A stretch of DNA of 64,000 nucleotides from an uncultured virus (IMG/VR IMGVR_UViG_3300045006_000529) (lineage: Duplodnaviria; Heunggongvirae; Uroviricota; Caudoviricetes). Shown here one piece after another: positions 46,406 through 56,107 of this stretch. Position 1 is the stretch's first letter. The number at the start of each line of letters is the position of its first letter. The stretch lies in the IMG/VR virus record IMGVR_UViG_3300045006_000529; one strand, 5' to 3'. Below the pieces are notes generated by a model, which ran no database searches, was not told the origin of the DNA, and was given only the letters and a program-made list of their open reading frames with translations. A program made the position numbers and the translations under genes.

Positions 46406-46904
46406 TATCGACCCGGGAGCACATGGGGGGTTGGTGCTCCTTGACATCGATTCCCTAAAGATTGTCATGGCAGAAGAGAACCCAGAGTCATCCATTGACC
46501 GGGTTCATCTCATTTCATCCCTGCCAAAAGACGGTGTGGCCGGAATAGCCTTGGAACTGGCTTCATTTATGATCCGCCTCCCTCCTATTAAGGGCCAATC
46601 TACAGGATTCGTGAATGCGAACTCGGTTGGCAAACTGGCACACTCTAGAGGGGAATGGCTTGGGTTATGCCGAATGTATTTCGGGACCAATGTTTCTATC
46701 GTAGAACTTGCCCCGCGTACCTGGCAGAAGGTTATTCCAGCCTCATTTGTGGGAGAAACAAAAAAGAGAGTAAGGGCCTATTTAGAGAGTCTACCTAGTA
46801 TGAACTACAATGAATTCCTCTTTACCAAAAGAGGGCGCTATCGAGATGGAATCGGTGACGCGCTCGCCATGGGACTATTTGCGGTGAAAGAGAAAAAAAT
46901 CTAG
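46389..46904 (+). CDS. RuvC-like Holliday junction resolvase
   Basis: SIDPG..GG, ALE, P..WQK and DG..DAL; GTG start at 46389. Confidence 0.8.
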   Translation: MSLLLSIDPGAHGGLVLLDIDSLKIVMAEENPESSIDRVHLISSLPKDGVAGIALELASFMIRLPPIKGQSTGFVNANSVGKLAHSRGEWLGLCRMYFGTNVSIVELAPRTWQKVIPASFVGETKKRVRAYLESLPSMNYNEFLFTKRGRYRDGIGDALAMGLFAVKEKKI

Positions 46905-46921
46905 GACCCCTGGAGTATCAG

Positions 46922-47200
46922 TTGTTCAAGAAGTTTGAGTGCGACTACTGTGGGAAAGAGTACGAAGTAACAGACGAAGATCCGGCCCTGAAGTTAGAGG
47001 CACTCTGGGCCAAGTTCCTCGTCCCCAATATGAATTCCGAGCTGCATGAAGCAGTCAGGAGGATAATTTGCAAAGGGGGAGACTTCTGTTCCTTCAATTG
47101 CCTAGGCAGGCATATATTAGGAGAGCTAGCCTCCAATGAAATTGTTTCCGGGCTTAATGCCGAAGCCCTACGGGCCATCCTGTCAGCAATTGACCTGTAG
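46922..47200 (+). CDS. zinc-finger protein
   Basis: CDYCG...DFCS..CL. Confidence 0.55.
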   Translation: MFKKFECDYCGKEYEVTDEDPALKLEALWAKFLVPNMNSELHEAVRRIICKGGDFCSFNCLGRHILGELASNEIVSGLNAEALRAILSAIDL

Positions 47201-47212
47201 GAGGAAAGTCAG

Positions 47213-47746
47213 ATGATATCCTTAGACCAAACAGCTGTAGTGTGTCCTACTCCCGAAGTCCTCCCTCCTGGTTCGCCTATCCCCTTCAAGGTTAACGAGC
47301 AGGAGATGAGAAAAGTCTTAGTGGCAGGAGGAGGACTAACAGCTGCGGCTCTGGTATTAGGCTACCTAGGTGGGGCTATTATGGTCAATGGTATTGTTAC
47401 CGGAACAATGCTAATGGCTGAGTTTGCCCTGCTGGCCTATTACAGCCGAGATAAATTTCCCCGAATCCTCCCTTTCATTGTGAAACACAAAGAGATCATT
47501 GATGCCGTTCTTTACTTCGGCACCCTGTTCTCTTTTGTCGGGATGGGGATTACAGCCGGAATAGCGATGGCAGTGTTTGGCATCCTGCTATCTATAGGCT
47601 TTATGAGTCTCAAAGCCATAGGATATGACGAGGCCTCTCTCAGTCAGGCCGGAGTCAAACCATTTAGCCCGAAGGACATGTTTACAAGACTCTTGAGAAG
47701 GATACGTATATATGAGAAACAGACCAGAGTTGCCTGTCACACGTAA
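47213..47746 (+). CDS. multi-pass membrane protein
   Basis: Three to four hydrophobic segments; AGGAGG RBS. Confidence 0.65.
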   Translation: MISLDQTAVVCPTPEVLPPGSPIPFKVNEQEMRKVLVAGGGLTAAALVLGYLGGAIMVNGIVTGTMLMAEFALLAYYSRDKFPRILPFIVKHKEIIDAVLYFGTLFSFVGMGITAGIAMAVFGILLSIGFMSLKAIGYDEASLSQAGVKPFSPKDMFTRLLRRIRIYEKQTRVACHT

Positions 47747-47926
47747 CGACCTGTGGGGCGTCTTTTCTCCGGAAGGATGGCTGCTTCCCTCGACGATCAC
47801 TTCTGGGAGAAGAGACTCGATCAGGAGCCATCTAGCTCTGTGGGACAAGTCATGGCTTCAAAGCTGGTCGAGATTCTATGACAGGGGGTTTCGCTGTCTC
47901 CCTCTGAGAATAGAATTGAGGACAAG

Positions 47927-48370
47927 ATGCAAATGAAAAGTCCTGCGCCTCCGCTCCTGCCCCTTCCCTGGTGGGAGGACCAACGCCCTACCTTAGGGTG
48001 CTGCTATCTAGCCTCTCCCTATCGCAACCCTTTTCATCTGAGGCCTCTTAGGATCAGAGGACATCAGCTGCTCGTCACTGAACTGTCAAGACATGGAATT
48101 TCCGCAGTTTCCCCTGTACTGCAGCTAGCCCACCTTGACGGATTGGTATCCGAAGACGCCATTCTGGGCCTGTGCTTGAGCATACTCCATAGGTGCGATA
48201 TTCTGCTCCTTATGCCGGGGTGGAGAAGGTCAGAAGGAGCAATGTGCGAATACAAGGCAGCTCTAGCCGTTGGCAAGCCTATTGTAGATATGGAAGATGC
48301 TCGTCTTTTAGCCGATCCGAGGTGGGGGGGGATAATCTCCGAAATTTCCAACCTTTGGGAGGTAAATTGA
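47927..48370 (+). CDS. DUF1937/DUF4406-like nucleoside 2-deoxyribosyltransferase-fold protein
   Basis: YLASPY, SP and CD.L..MPGW..SEGA..E...A...GKP. Confidence 0.75.
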   Translation: MQMKSPAPPLLPLPWWEDQRPTLGCCYLASPYRNPFHLRPLRIRGHQLLVTELSRHGISAVSPVLQLAHLDGLVSEDAILGLCLSILHRCDILLLMPGWRRSEGAMCEYKAALAVGKPIVDMEDARLLADPRWGGIISEISNLWEVN

Positions 48371-48993
48371 CACTGATTGCTGGATACTTTGATAGCAGCA
48401 AGAAGCTCGGCTATCTCGCCGTCGATTCTTCATGTAGCGGCATATCTGGCCTCTCCAGCCCTCTCGCAGATCCTGGTGAGAAGGTTTGGATTGGCAAGGG
48501 GTTTATTATTGGGGCAACCGGCCTTGTCAGGACCTGGCAAGTAATCCAAGGTATCTTGGAGAACGTGTGTTCCCGAAAGGGGACAAAGGGCCTCCTCTCT
48601 ACTGAGAAGGGTATCAAGCAGTGGGCCCGCGTCCTTCCGCAGGCTCTTGGTGCCCACCTTGTCTCCGGTGCTACTTCTCCAGAGGATGGGGCGGCCGTTT
48701 TCCCTATCGCCATGTTGGTGCTTAACAAAGAGGGGGTGTTTGTAATTGACAACTCCCTTAGTGTCCTGAAGAGCAGGGAAGGATATGGTACTATCGGAGC
48801 AGGAGGCGATGTCTGTATGGGGGCCTTCAAGGCTCTTTTACACACAGGTTTCCAGGAAAACGCCCCCGCTGCCAAGCTGGAGCTAGCAGCACAGATCGCG
48901 ATTGCACATACCCAGGAGACCAGCTTGCCCCTTCGCATCTATAGGCTAAACGCAAGAACTGGCTCGGTTACTACCACCCCCCCACTCAGCTAG
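48367..48993 (+). CDS. HslV/proteasome-beta-like Ntn hydrolase
   Basis: TTG 48367 behind GGAGGT gives M-T-L-I-A-G (N-terminal Thr); A.DS, K, IG..G..R..Q, IGAGG...GA and L..A...A. Confidence 0.7.
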   Translation: MTLIAGYFDSSKKLGYLAVDSSCSGISGLSSPLADPGEKVWIGKGFIIGATGLVRTWQVIQGILENVCSRKGTKGLLSTEKGIKQWARVLPQALGAHLVSGATSPEDGAAVFPIAMLVLNKEGVFVIDNSLSVLKSREGYGTIGAGGDVCMGAFKALLHTGFQENAPAAKLELAAQIAIAHTQETSLPLRIYRLNARTGSVTTTPPLS

Positions 48994-49001
48994 GATAACA
49001 A

Positions 49002-49475
49002 ATGCCTTATATATCAGACAGCCCTGTACCCTCTACAGTTCTTACCGCAACACTAGTAATAGTGGTTGCGCTGTGTCTCATCCCCTTTTGTCAATCCTCG
49101 CCCGAAGGTAAGGCTCTTGACAGCCCCGCTTCCGGAGATGCTTCCCTCTGCTGGAAAGATGTAGACATTACTGTCTACCATGCTACTCCCGAAGAGGGGT
49201 GGGGGGATGGCTGCACTACCTATGACGGGACAGATGTGTGCCCGTATAACTGGGATCCCCCGATTTGCGCCCTATCTCCGGATCTCCTGAAGGAGATCCC
49301 CCTAGGTTCTAAGATCTACCTCACCACACTTGATGGATTTTGGGCAGGGTCGTGTGAGGTAAGAGACAGAACGTCTTCCCGATTCAGAAACAGGGTAGAC
49401 ATCCTGGTGCCAAAAGGCGTCGGGGGCAACTTCTATCCTGATTCTGTTCTCATGTACTCTCCCTATAGCGGGTAG
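49002..49475 (+). CDS. 3D-domain (MltA-like) cell-wall protein with N-terminal membrane segment
   Basis: T.Y, T.DG, ALS.DLL, GSKI, V.D and NRVDIL. Confidence 0.7.
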   Translation: MPYISDSPVPSTVLTATLVIVVALCLIPFCQSSPEGKALDSPASGDASLCWKDVDITVYHATPEEGWGDGCTTYDGTDVCPYNWDPPICALSPDLLKEIPLGSKIYLTTLDGFWAGSCEVRDRTSSRFRNRVDILVPKGVGGNFYPDSVLMYSPYSG

Positions 49476-49478
49476 ATA

Positions 49479-52316
49479 ATGAGTAAGACAGGTGTCAAGA
49501 AGAGTGAAATGTCTCCCTCTACATGGGAGGCTCTCGAAAGCTACAAGACATCCAATAAGGCAGACTACAACTGCATAGTTATTGTGCCCTCGATGGAATG
49601 GAGGGGACACAAAAACTGTTGTCTCGCCGCCTTCTACAAAGACAAGTGGCCTAGGTTCATTTGCTTCAGGGTACTATCCCAACCGCTACCTAGGATGGCC
49701 CGACCTTCTGGATTTGGAAAGGCAAAGTGGGCCTTGGTGGATTTTATCAACCTTGACCTCTCTGGCGAAAGACCTACATCTTGGATAGGAAGAATAGCAC
49801 ATGACCCAACTGGTCCTTTTTACGACCTGATAGTCAAGAATCGTTACGATGCACCTTTCCTTCTATAGGGGAGATAGAAGATGGAACCTAAGTATAAGCT
49901 GCCCACCAGATGGATCAGGTTTCTACAGCAGCAGCCTGAGTCCTCTATGGGATTTCAAAAGGTTGCCGTAACGTTGGCCAGTGGAAGGGTTATACATGGC
50001 TGCCTAGTAGAAGACGGGTCCTTGTTGCTTCTCCCTGAAGGGGCGTTCATACCAGCTACTGAAGGCTCAATTGTTAACATGGTGGTGGAGGACAACAGTT
50101 GAAGACAAGGATCAAGCCAAGGCAGGCCGTTATAACGCTGGAGCTGTTCTTTGACCTCGACCAGATTACTTATGGGAAGGCTGAGCATCAAGTCCGGCAG
50201 GCAATTGCATTAATCAATAGCACATTACAGCGAGAACCATACGGGCTGGCCGCCCAACTGGGCGAGGAATGGTCCGGTCTCATAATCCACGATACGGAAG
50301 AAGAGTGAGAGAAGGGGTTGTAGATGAGCTGCTACACGCGGTGGATAGGTGTAATTGTGCTTCCGGAGGACATCAGTCCTGCCCTCGAAGTCCTGGTTGA
50401 CAAAGCCCTCACGGGCATACCTGGAGAGAACCTGAATAGGACGCTGAGTGGGAACAGAACGCTAAGCAAGCCCGGAGGCCGAGGCAGAGATCTCCATATC
50501 AATTGCGGAGGAGTTTTATCTAACTCCTCCGCAACTCTCATCTTCTCCCTTCTAGAAGATATCGGTAAGTTGTGCAATGAGGCCTCCGTGATTAGTGTAG
50601 AAACTGGTGAAGATGGGGGTCCACAATTCTGGACTGTAGGCCCCTCCGAAGAAGCAAAAGCATCTGCCTTTAGCAAGCACGTCAGGAACGAGATTGAAGG
50701 CCTCCTTCCTTCCCTAGTAGACGAGGACCTGTATGCAGTTCTTGTAAAGGCAAATGCAATGCTCATGAAAAAGCAGGCTCAGCAGGTCAACCCTCAGGAG
50801 GACCAGGTGAAAAGAGGTAAAAAGCCAGTAGCTGAGAAGAGGTACTGGTGACTCGTGGGTTACGCAGGTGGGCCAGGGCACGCAGGGCACTATTTCGAGT
50901 GGTTCTACGGTACCAGAAAAGAAGCTAGGGAGGATGCTGATGTTTGGATCTGCTGTGAAGACCCTTATCTTGATGACCCAGTCACGGTCCAGTTTAAGCG
51001 CTTCGATGTACTACCAAGTTGGCTTCTTGGCCAGAAAGTCCGTGACTACATATACCGGATGGAAGGATGTAGTCGTGGGCTAGAACAGCTGGGGTCTTTG
51101 CCACCCCGCCTGAAGCGCCTTTTGCAAGACCTGCGACAGATAACAGATAGCCTCCACCCTGTACCCCATGGCTCCCGCGATTTCTGCAAGCGCTGTAGTG
51201 GTGAGGGAAGCATAGTGGTCGCTCGAAGAAAACGCGGTGCTCCAACAAAGTACCGCATCTGCCCCGATTGCCAAGGTGAGGGATGGGCCTATCATGACTG
51301 ACTTCCTTGGGTATGTAACAAGCGAATATATTACGGAAAGAAGGCGTCCTCGAAATGGTCCCTTCCTTGACATCGATGCTCTCAAGAGTGAGATCGAGAA
51401 AGCGTTCTACTTCTGGGGAGACGTCCAAGTTCACTTCGGAGACTTGGACAGTGGAGGGGAGGCCTTTTCCTTTGATGGATACGACCACCCTGATGTCAGG
51501 CACTTTCCCCACGGAAAACCCTTCGACTACGACCCCCTCGAAGATCCTAACGGCTACGGGAACAGTGGGTTTTATGAGTTCTTGGAGTGTTTGTCGAGAC
51601 ATCTTATCCCCGATGCCCACATAATCATTTACTACATTGGCAACGAGGGTCTCCGACCCCCCCTGTGTGGGATGTCCTGGTGGATTTACCGCGACCACAT
51701 TGATGAAATAGACATCTCTAGCAGAGCCGGGGTCCAAAGGATTTGGGAGAAGCAGAAGACATGACGCCCCTCAAGGTTGAGATGCAGACCCACTGCCCAA
51801 GCTGTGGCATTGAGGTATATGGTCCGGCTGTATACAAGTTCAGCTATGGGGAGGTTCCGTGTCCCCTTTGCGGGGGATATTCTGAGCCAATGGATACCAG
51901 CCAGTACTGTCAAGTTATGAAGCTGTTGAGGGAAAAGGAGGATGCCAAGCATGGGCATGACGACTAAGTTACCTTTCGCAGGCGACTGTGTATTTACTAT
52001 AAAGGTAGACAAGGAAGGCAAGGCAGGAATAATATCTTCCCACGGCCTAAGGGGTGACAAGGAGGACTTCATCTGGAATTTTGGGGCAGACGTTTTGGAG
52101 TCTTTCGTCCTAGCTCTTGCTTGTGCTAGCTATGATCTGGATGAGCGCTTGGAAGGTGTTATCGACACAGTAATAGATGCTATGTCCAGCAGTGTGGAGG
52201 ACTATCGCAAGCCCCTCCGGAGCATGTCGAGGAGACATCAGAGACGGACCAAGGCCCTTCTTGAGGCCTTAGCACAGGCATCTGCACTCTCCGAAAGTTG
52301 CGATAAGGACGCTTAA
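49479..52316 (+). CDS. run of about 8 small hypothetical ORFs (49479-49868, 49881-50102, 50099-50308, 50324-50851, 50855-51301, ~51294-51764, ~51761-51967, 51942-52316)
   Basis: Tightly coupled ORFs; two contain CxxC pairs. Confidence 0.55.
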
Positions 52317-52319
52317 CTC

Positions 52320-52649
52320 ATGACACGAGAGCAAGCAGAGGCCCTCCTCTCAGACCTGAATGCTCCCGAGAGTGTTGTCGTTTCTACAGCATGGCCTACG
52401 CCCGAGAGTGACATGTGTCTGGTAGCTATCCCCCTCTGTGACAGCCGCATCCTCCTCCGCACTCTTGATAGGAGAGGAGGGGCAACTTTCCACGCAGTCT
52501 ACGATCTAGTAAAGGACAAAATCAGAGGATGCAATATAAACATTGTCAAACTGAGATCTTTCTGTGACATACCTATCGAACGGCATCCCTGGAGGGAAGC
52601 ATACAACCTGTTGGATAAGACCGGGATCATCAGTTTGCTAAAACTGTGA
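52320..52649 (+). CDS. class-2 tail protein, subtype a (LDKTGIISLLKL*)
   Basis: EQA.A.L and V.S.AWP....CL.AI shared with 53066-53392. Confidence 0.7.
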   Translation: MTREQAEALLSDLNAPESVVVSTAWPTPESDMCLVAIPLCDSRILLRTLDRRGGATFHAVYDLVKDKIRGCNINIVKLRSFCDIPIERHPWREAYNLLDKTGIISLLKL

Positions 52650-53065
52650 CAGAGAAACACATATCTGATATGACGTGCGAAGAAGCCAATGAAGCCTTTC
52701 GCCTTTTCAAGGCGATTATTCTTGAGGAAATACACACAGTTGTTAGCGGATGCGTCTTGCTTACAGACGCATCGCCTCTAGTAGTCTCCTTGCATCACAA
52801 GCTCCCTACTTATGTTCCCCCCTCTAAGCTGAACAAAGAATGTTGCTTGGTAGTATCGGGGGCGAACTTCCCTTCGCTTTCCAGCTTCGATCTCGATATT
52901 ATCGACCCCTACGGGACCCCCCTCATAGGATCCTCCTCTTTCTCATTTGTGAGGAAGGTCATGGGCGAAGCTCTCAATACCCCTGCCTTTTCGGACGCAA
53001 GATCTGCGAAAGTAGTTGAAGAGATTCTGCGCGCCAGAGGCATTCTTGCCACACTGGAACTTTAG
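52646..53065 (+). CDS. class-2 tail protein, subtype b (LRARGILATLEL*)
   Basis: MT..EA..A..LF...IL, G.VLL.DAS, CLV and D...P.G.P shared with 53408-53803. Confidence 0.7.
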   Translation: MTEKHISDMTCEEANEAFRLFKAIILEEIHTVVSGCVLLTDASPLVVSLHHKLPTYVPPSKLNKECCLVVSGANFPSLSSFDLDIIDPYGTPLIGSSSFSFVRKVMGEALNTPAFSDARSAKVVEEILRARGILATLEL

Positions 53066-53392
53066 GTGAGATTCGTGTCTCCCGAACAAGCCAACGCAGC
53101 GCTTCTCGAATATAAACAGCAGCTCCTCCAGCTTACTCCAGCGCAGGAGTCATCCCCTACATGTATAGTTATGTCTCCTGCCTGGCCTAAGGGAACAAGT
53201 AGAACCTGCCTTGCTGCGATTATGTACCCCAGCCTCGAAGGGATCTTCCTTTGTAGGTTGACCCCCGAGGGAACAGCTGAGGGAAGTGCATATTGCATCA
53301 GGCATGTAAATGGATGGCAGGTACTGGTGGGTGGTCTGGAGATGCGTAAGCACATCAAGGAAACAGGAGTTCTCAGCGTTTTCGCTCTTTAA
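53066..53392 (+). CDS. class-2 tail protein, subtype a (IKETGVLSVFAL*)
   Basis: Paralog of 52320-52649. Confidence 0.7.
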   Translation: MRFVSPEQANAALLEYKQQLLQLTPAQESSPTCIVMSPAWPKGTSRTCLAAIMYPSLEGIFLCRLTPEGTAEGSAYCIRHVNGWQVLVGGLEMRKHIKETGVLSVFAL

Positions 53393-53407
53393 GGACAACT
53401 GGTAAGC

Positions 53408-53803
53408 ATGACACAGCACGAAGCGGAACGGGCCCTTTCCCTGTTCATAGATGAGATTCTTGCCAGGCGGATTATGTCATCCTGCAAGGGGGCAGTGCTA
53501 CTAGCAGATGCGAGTGTCCTGGCCTCCTGGATGGCCTCTTCCTTAGGTCTTGTATCCCCACAAAAAGGCATTGGGGGGAACCTATGTCTAGTCGCGACGT
53601 TTGACCATGAAGCGCCCACTATATCGACCAGGTATTACATCGACCTTCTCTTGCCCGATGGAAGCCCCTGGAAGTCCGCCCTTGACTCAGGCCTTATCAG
53701 CATAGCAGGGGACTCCATTGGCTCCGTCCTCCCCCCTCATCTTAAACACTCCCTCTTTGACAAGCTGCGTGAGTTGGGAATTCTCTCCCTGTTGCGGCTC
53801 TGA
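53408..53803 (+). CDS. class-2 tail protein, subtype b (LRELGILSLLRL*)
   Basis: Paralog of 52646-53065. Confidence 0.7.
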   Translation: MTQHEAERALSLFIDEILARRIMSSCKGAVLLADASVLASWMASSLGLVSPQKGIGGNLCLVATFDHEAPTISTRYYIDLLLPDGSPWKSALDSGLISIAGDSIGSVLPPHLKHSLFDKLRELGILSLLRL

Positions 53804-53804
53804 T

Positions 53805-54242
53805 ATGAACAGCGACAAAAAAGAACTAGAGCAGCGTGCTATAGACACAATCCGAAGATTTCTGAGGGGAGATTGCTGGCCCCTTACACTGAAAGATGGC
53901 GCCTTCATATTTTTGTACGGGGGAAGGTGCTCAGACGATACCGAGGATTTTTTCTCCGAGGGGAAGACCCGCCCCAATTACTCGTCACACGCTGTTCTTG
54001 TAGTTCCTAAAGAAGAGTGTCAAATCCTCTTCGTTGCTGCGATAGTAAGGATATTTCCTAAAAGATGTCATAGAATGGCCCCCCGTGTACGGTATAGAAT
54101 TGTACATCGCACTCCCAGTGGGGATTCCCTAGCAGGGGCACTTCTTCATAGGTCTCCCTTTGGCATGGACTACCATTTTGAGGAGATATTTAGAAAGGCC
54201 GTCCTGAATGACGGGAGACTAGTTAGCCTCTTGTCTCTGTGA
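53805..54242 (+). CDS. class-2-like tail protein (LNDGRLVSLLSL*)
   Basis: ATG 53805 immediately after the previous stop; terminal SLLSL. Confidence 0.65.
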   Translation: MNSDKKELEQRAIDTIRRFLRGDCWPLTLKDGAFIFLYGGRCSDDTEDFFSEGKTRPNYSSHAVLVVPKEECQILFVAAIVRIFPKRCHRMAPRVRYRIVHRTPSGDSLAGALLHRSPFGMDYHFEEIFRKAVLNDGRLVSLLSL

Positions 54243-54250
54243 GAGACCTT

Positions 54251-54934
54251 TCACCTTATTGCGTGAAAGATCGCCCTGCCTAGCTGAAAGTCAACAAGCT
54301 TGACACCCCTAGGCTCAGGACTAAGCGTCCTGAGCATCATCTCCAGGCAGATCCTGTTAGGGCCCCACCAGTTGGTCTCATCTCCGTTCAACTCCCTGCC
54401 CGGGTAGAATACAGAGACGGGGGTGTCGTTTCCGAATCTCTCATCGATGTGGCTCTCTACTACCAATAGCTCCCTAGCTATGTTCCAGGAGTTTTGCAGA
54501 ACCAGGATAGGGTTCTTCATGTGGTAGACCACGCCTAGTAAGAGAACTATGTCAAAGCGCCCTACAGTCTCGGGAGCCACATCCTCCGGCCCAATGTTCT
54601 GATCTTCCACCCCGGAGTTTAAGATCTCCCTCGCCATGAGGAACCCCTGCTTAGTACCCAGCGTCGTACTTCCTGGAAACGACACATCGGACCAACAAAA
54701 ACTGTCGGTCGCCAGTACGCGCTGGGCCCCTCTCTTCTCACACTCAAAGCTATAGAGCCCATCCCAGGCACAGTTGTCCAGGACGGTTTTCCCTTTCAGA
54801 GATCTTGGCAGGCGTAGTCTCTCAGTAAGGGGAACCTTGTTAACCCCGTTCGTGATAACCCCGTCTCCAAGATCAATGCAGTGATACCATTCAATCGACC
54901 GGGATAGCTCTACCTTCTTGTCCCTCGTAAACAT
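54251..54934 (-). CDS. SAM-dependent methyltransferase (CmoB/DUF1698-like)
   Basis: WYH.IDL, GKTVLD..AWDG..SF..E.RGA, FDIVL.LGV.YH and TNWW.PN. Confidence 0.8.
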   Translation of the reverse strand: MFTRDKKVELSRSIEWYHCIDLGDGVITNGVNKVPLTERLRLPRSLKGKTVLDNCAWDGLYSFECEKRGAQRVLATDSFCWSDVSFPGSTTLGTKQGFLMAREILNSGVEDQNIGPEDVAPETVGRFDIVLLLGVVYHMKNPILVLQNSWNIARELLVVESHIDERFGNDTPVSVFYPGRELNGDETNWWGPNRICLEMMLRTLSPEPRGVKLVDFQLGRAIFHAIR

Positions 54935-54938
54935 GCTT

Positions 54939-55610
54939 CTACCTAGCCTTCAAAGAGATACCCTGGAACCTCTTGTAAAACCCGCTGTCGAATGTGCGGC
55001 GGTAGTGGTCGTAGACTATCTGTTCCATCTCCCCGTCGTAGATAGTAGCAGCGCTTGGGTGTGGATTAATCCTCAGATGGGGAAAGGAGCCATGATTAGG
55101 AAAGCCTAATGATTTCACCAGGTTGGTCGAATCATCTACCAGGTGTTCAAACCTGATGAGGTGTAGGGTGGGCGGGTCTCCTCCATCCACCTCGAAAAAC
55201 TTTTCGAAGGGCACTAGTAGCATATTGCTCTTGAGAAAGTCTTTGAAAGACATCGTAGGCAGTGAGTACAATGCCGTAGGTAGGCCTTTCTGTCCCTGAA
55301 TCACTGCATTCCTCTGATGGAAGTAAACCGAGGCTGCGTGGTGGTAGGGGTTTCTAATCCCTGCTACTATTTTTCTGAATGTGGAGGGCGTCCACCCAAA
55401 CAGGGCTTCTAGCTTGGGAGATGCTTCCTGAATGGTGACATGGTCATGCAGCCCAAAGTTGTCCCATCCTCCGGGCTTCGGATAAACTTCCAGTGCCCCC
55501 CGTAGTCCCGGGAAAAAGGCGAATGGAACGTTGGCGCGGAGAAACTCCTCTAAGGAGGTTCCTCCGGTCTTGGGAATATGAATCATCAGCAGATCTTTGC
55601 TTGCTAGCAT
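54939..55610 (-). CDS. sulfotransferase family-2-like protein
   Basis: IHIPKTGGTS (PAPS-binding), RNPY...SVY and IRFE.L. Confidence 0.8.
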   Translation of the reverse strand: MLASKDLLMIHIPKTGGTSLEEFLRANVPFAFFPGLRGALEVYPKPGGWDNFGLHDHVTIQEASPKLEALFGWTPSTFRKIVAGIRNPYHHAASVYFHQRNAVIQGQKGLPTALYSLPTMSFKDFLKSNMLLVPFEKFFEVDGGDPPTLHLIRFEHLVDDSTNLVKSLGFPNHGSFPHLRINPHPSAATIYDGEMEQIVYDHYRRTFDSGFYKRFQGISLKAR

Positions 55611-56107
55611 TATCTCTTCTCCGCCAAGACTTGCACGGCTGGGGCAGCGTGAGACATCTCGCTGGCAGTAGAAATTACAGTAAACCCTGCTGCTTCTACT
55701 AAGCTTACGAGACTACTAAGGGTAAAACCATTCTGGTGAAATTCCCCAGGATGGTCTTGCAGCCCATAACAGACCTTGAGACACCAGTCTCTTAATCTTG
55801 TATCCCCAGTCTGCTCCGCCTGGTAGAGGGCAAGTCCTACGCCAGCCAGGTCTGGTACATCAATCCACAGCCTGCCCCCACGGCATAGTATAGTATGAAA
55901 AACCTTCAGCGCCCGAGGTGCATCCTCTCTCTTGAGATGTTCAAACGAGTGGCTTGAACGGATTTCCCTGACCGACCCGGGAGAGAACTCCTTTACCAAA
56001 TCTAGTATGCTACTCTTTACATCCGCTTCTACGAACTCATCGACAGATGTATAACCTGGGATCTTCTGCCCCCCGGATCCCACATCTAGCCTGATATCAC
56101 CTGACAT
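55610..56107 (-). CDS. class I SAM-dependent methyltransferase
   Basis: LDVGSG, SSH.FEH, L..GG.L.I.VPD and H..GF. Confidence 0.8.
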   Translation of the reverse strand: MSGDIRLDVGSGGQKIPGYTSVDEFVEADVKSSILDLVKEFSPGSVREIRSSHSFEHLKREDAPRALKVFHTILCRGGRLWIDVPDLAGVGLALYQAEQTGDTRLRDWCLKVCYGLQDHPGEFHQNGFTLSSLVSLVEAAGFTVISTASEMSHAAPAVQVLAEKR

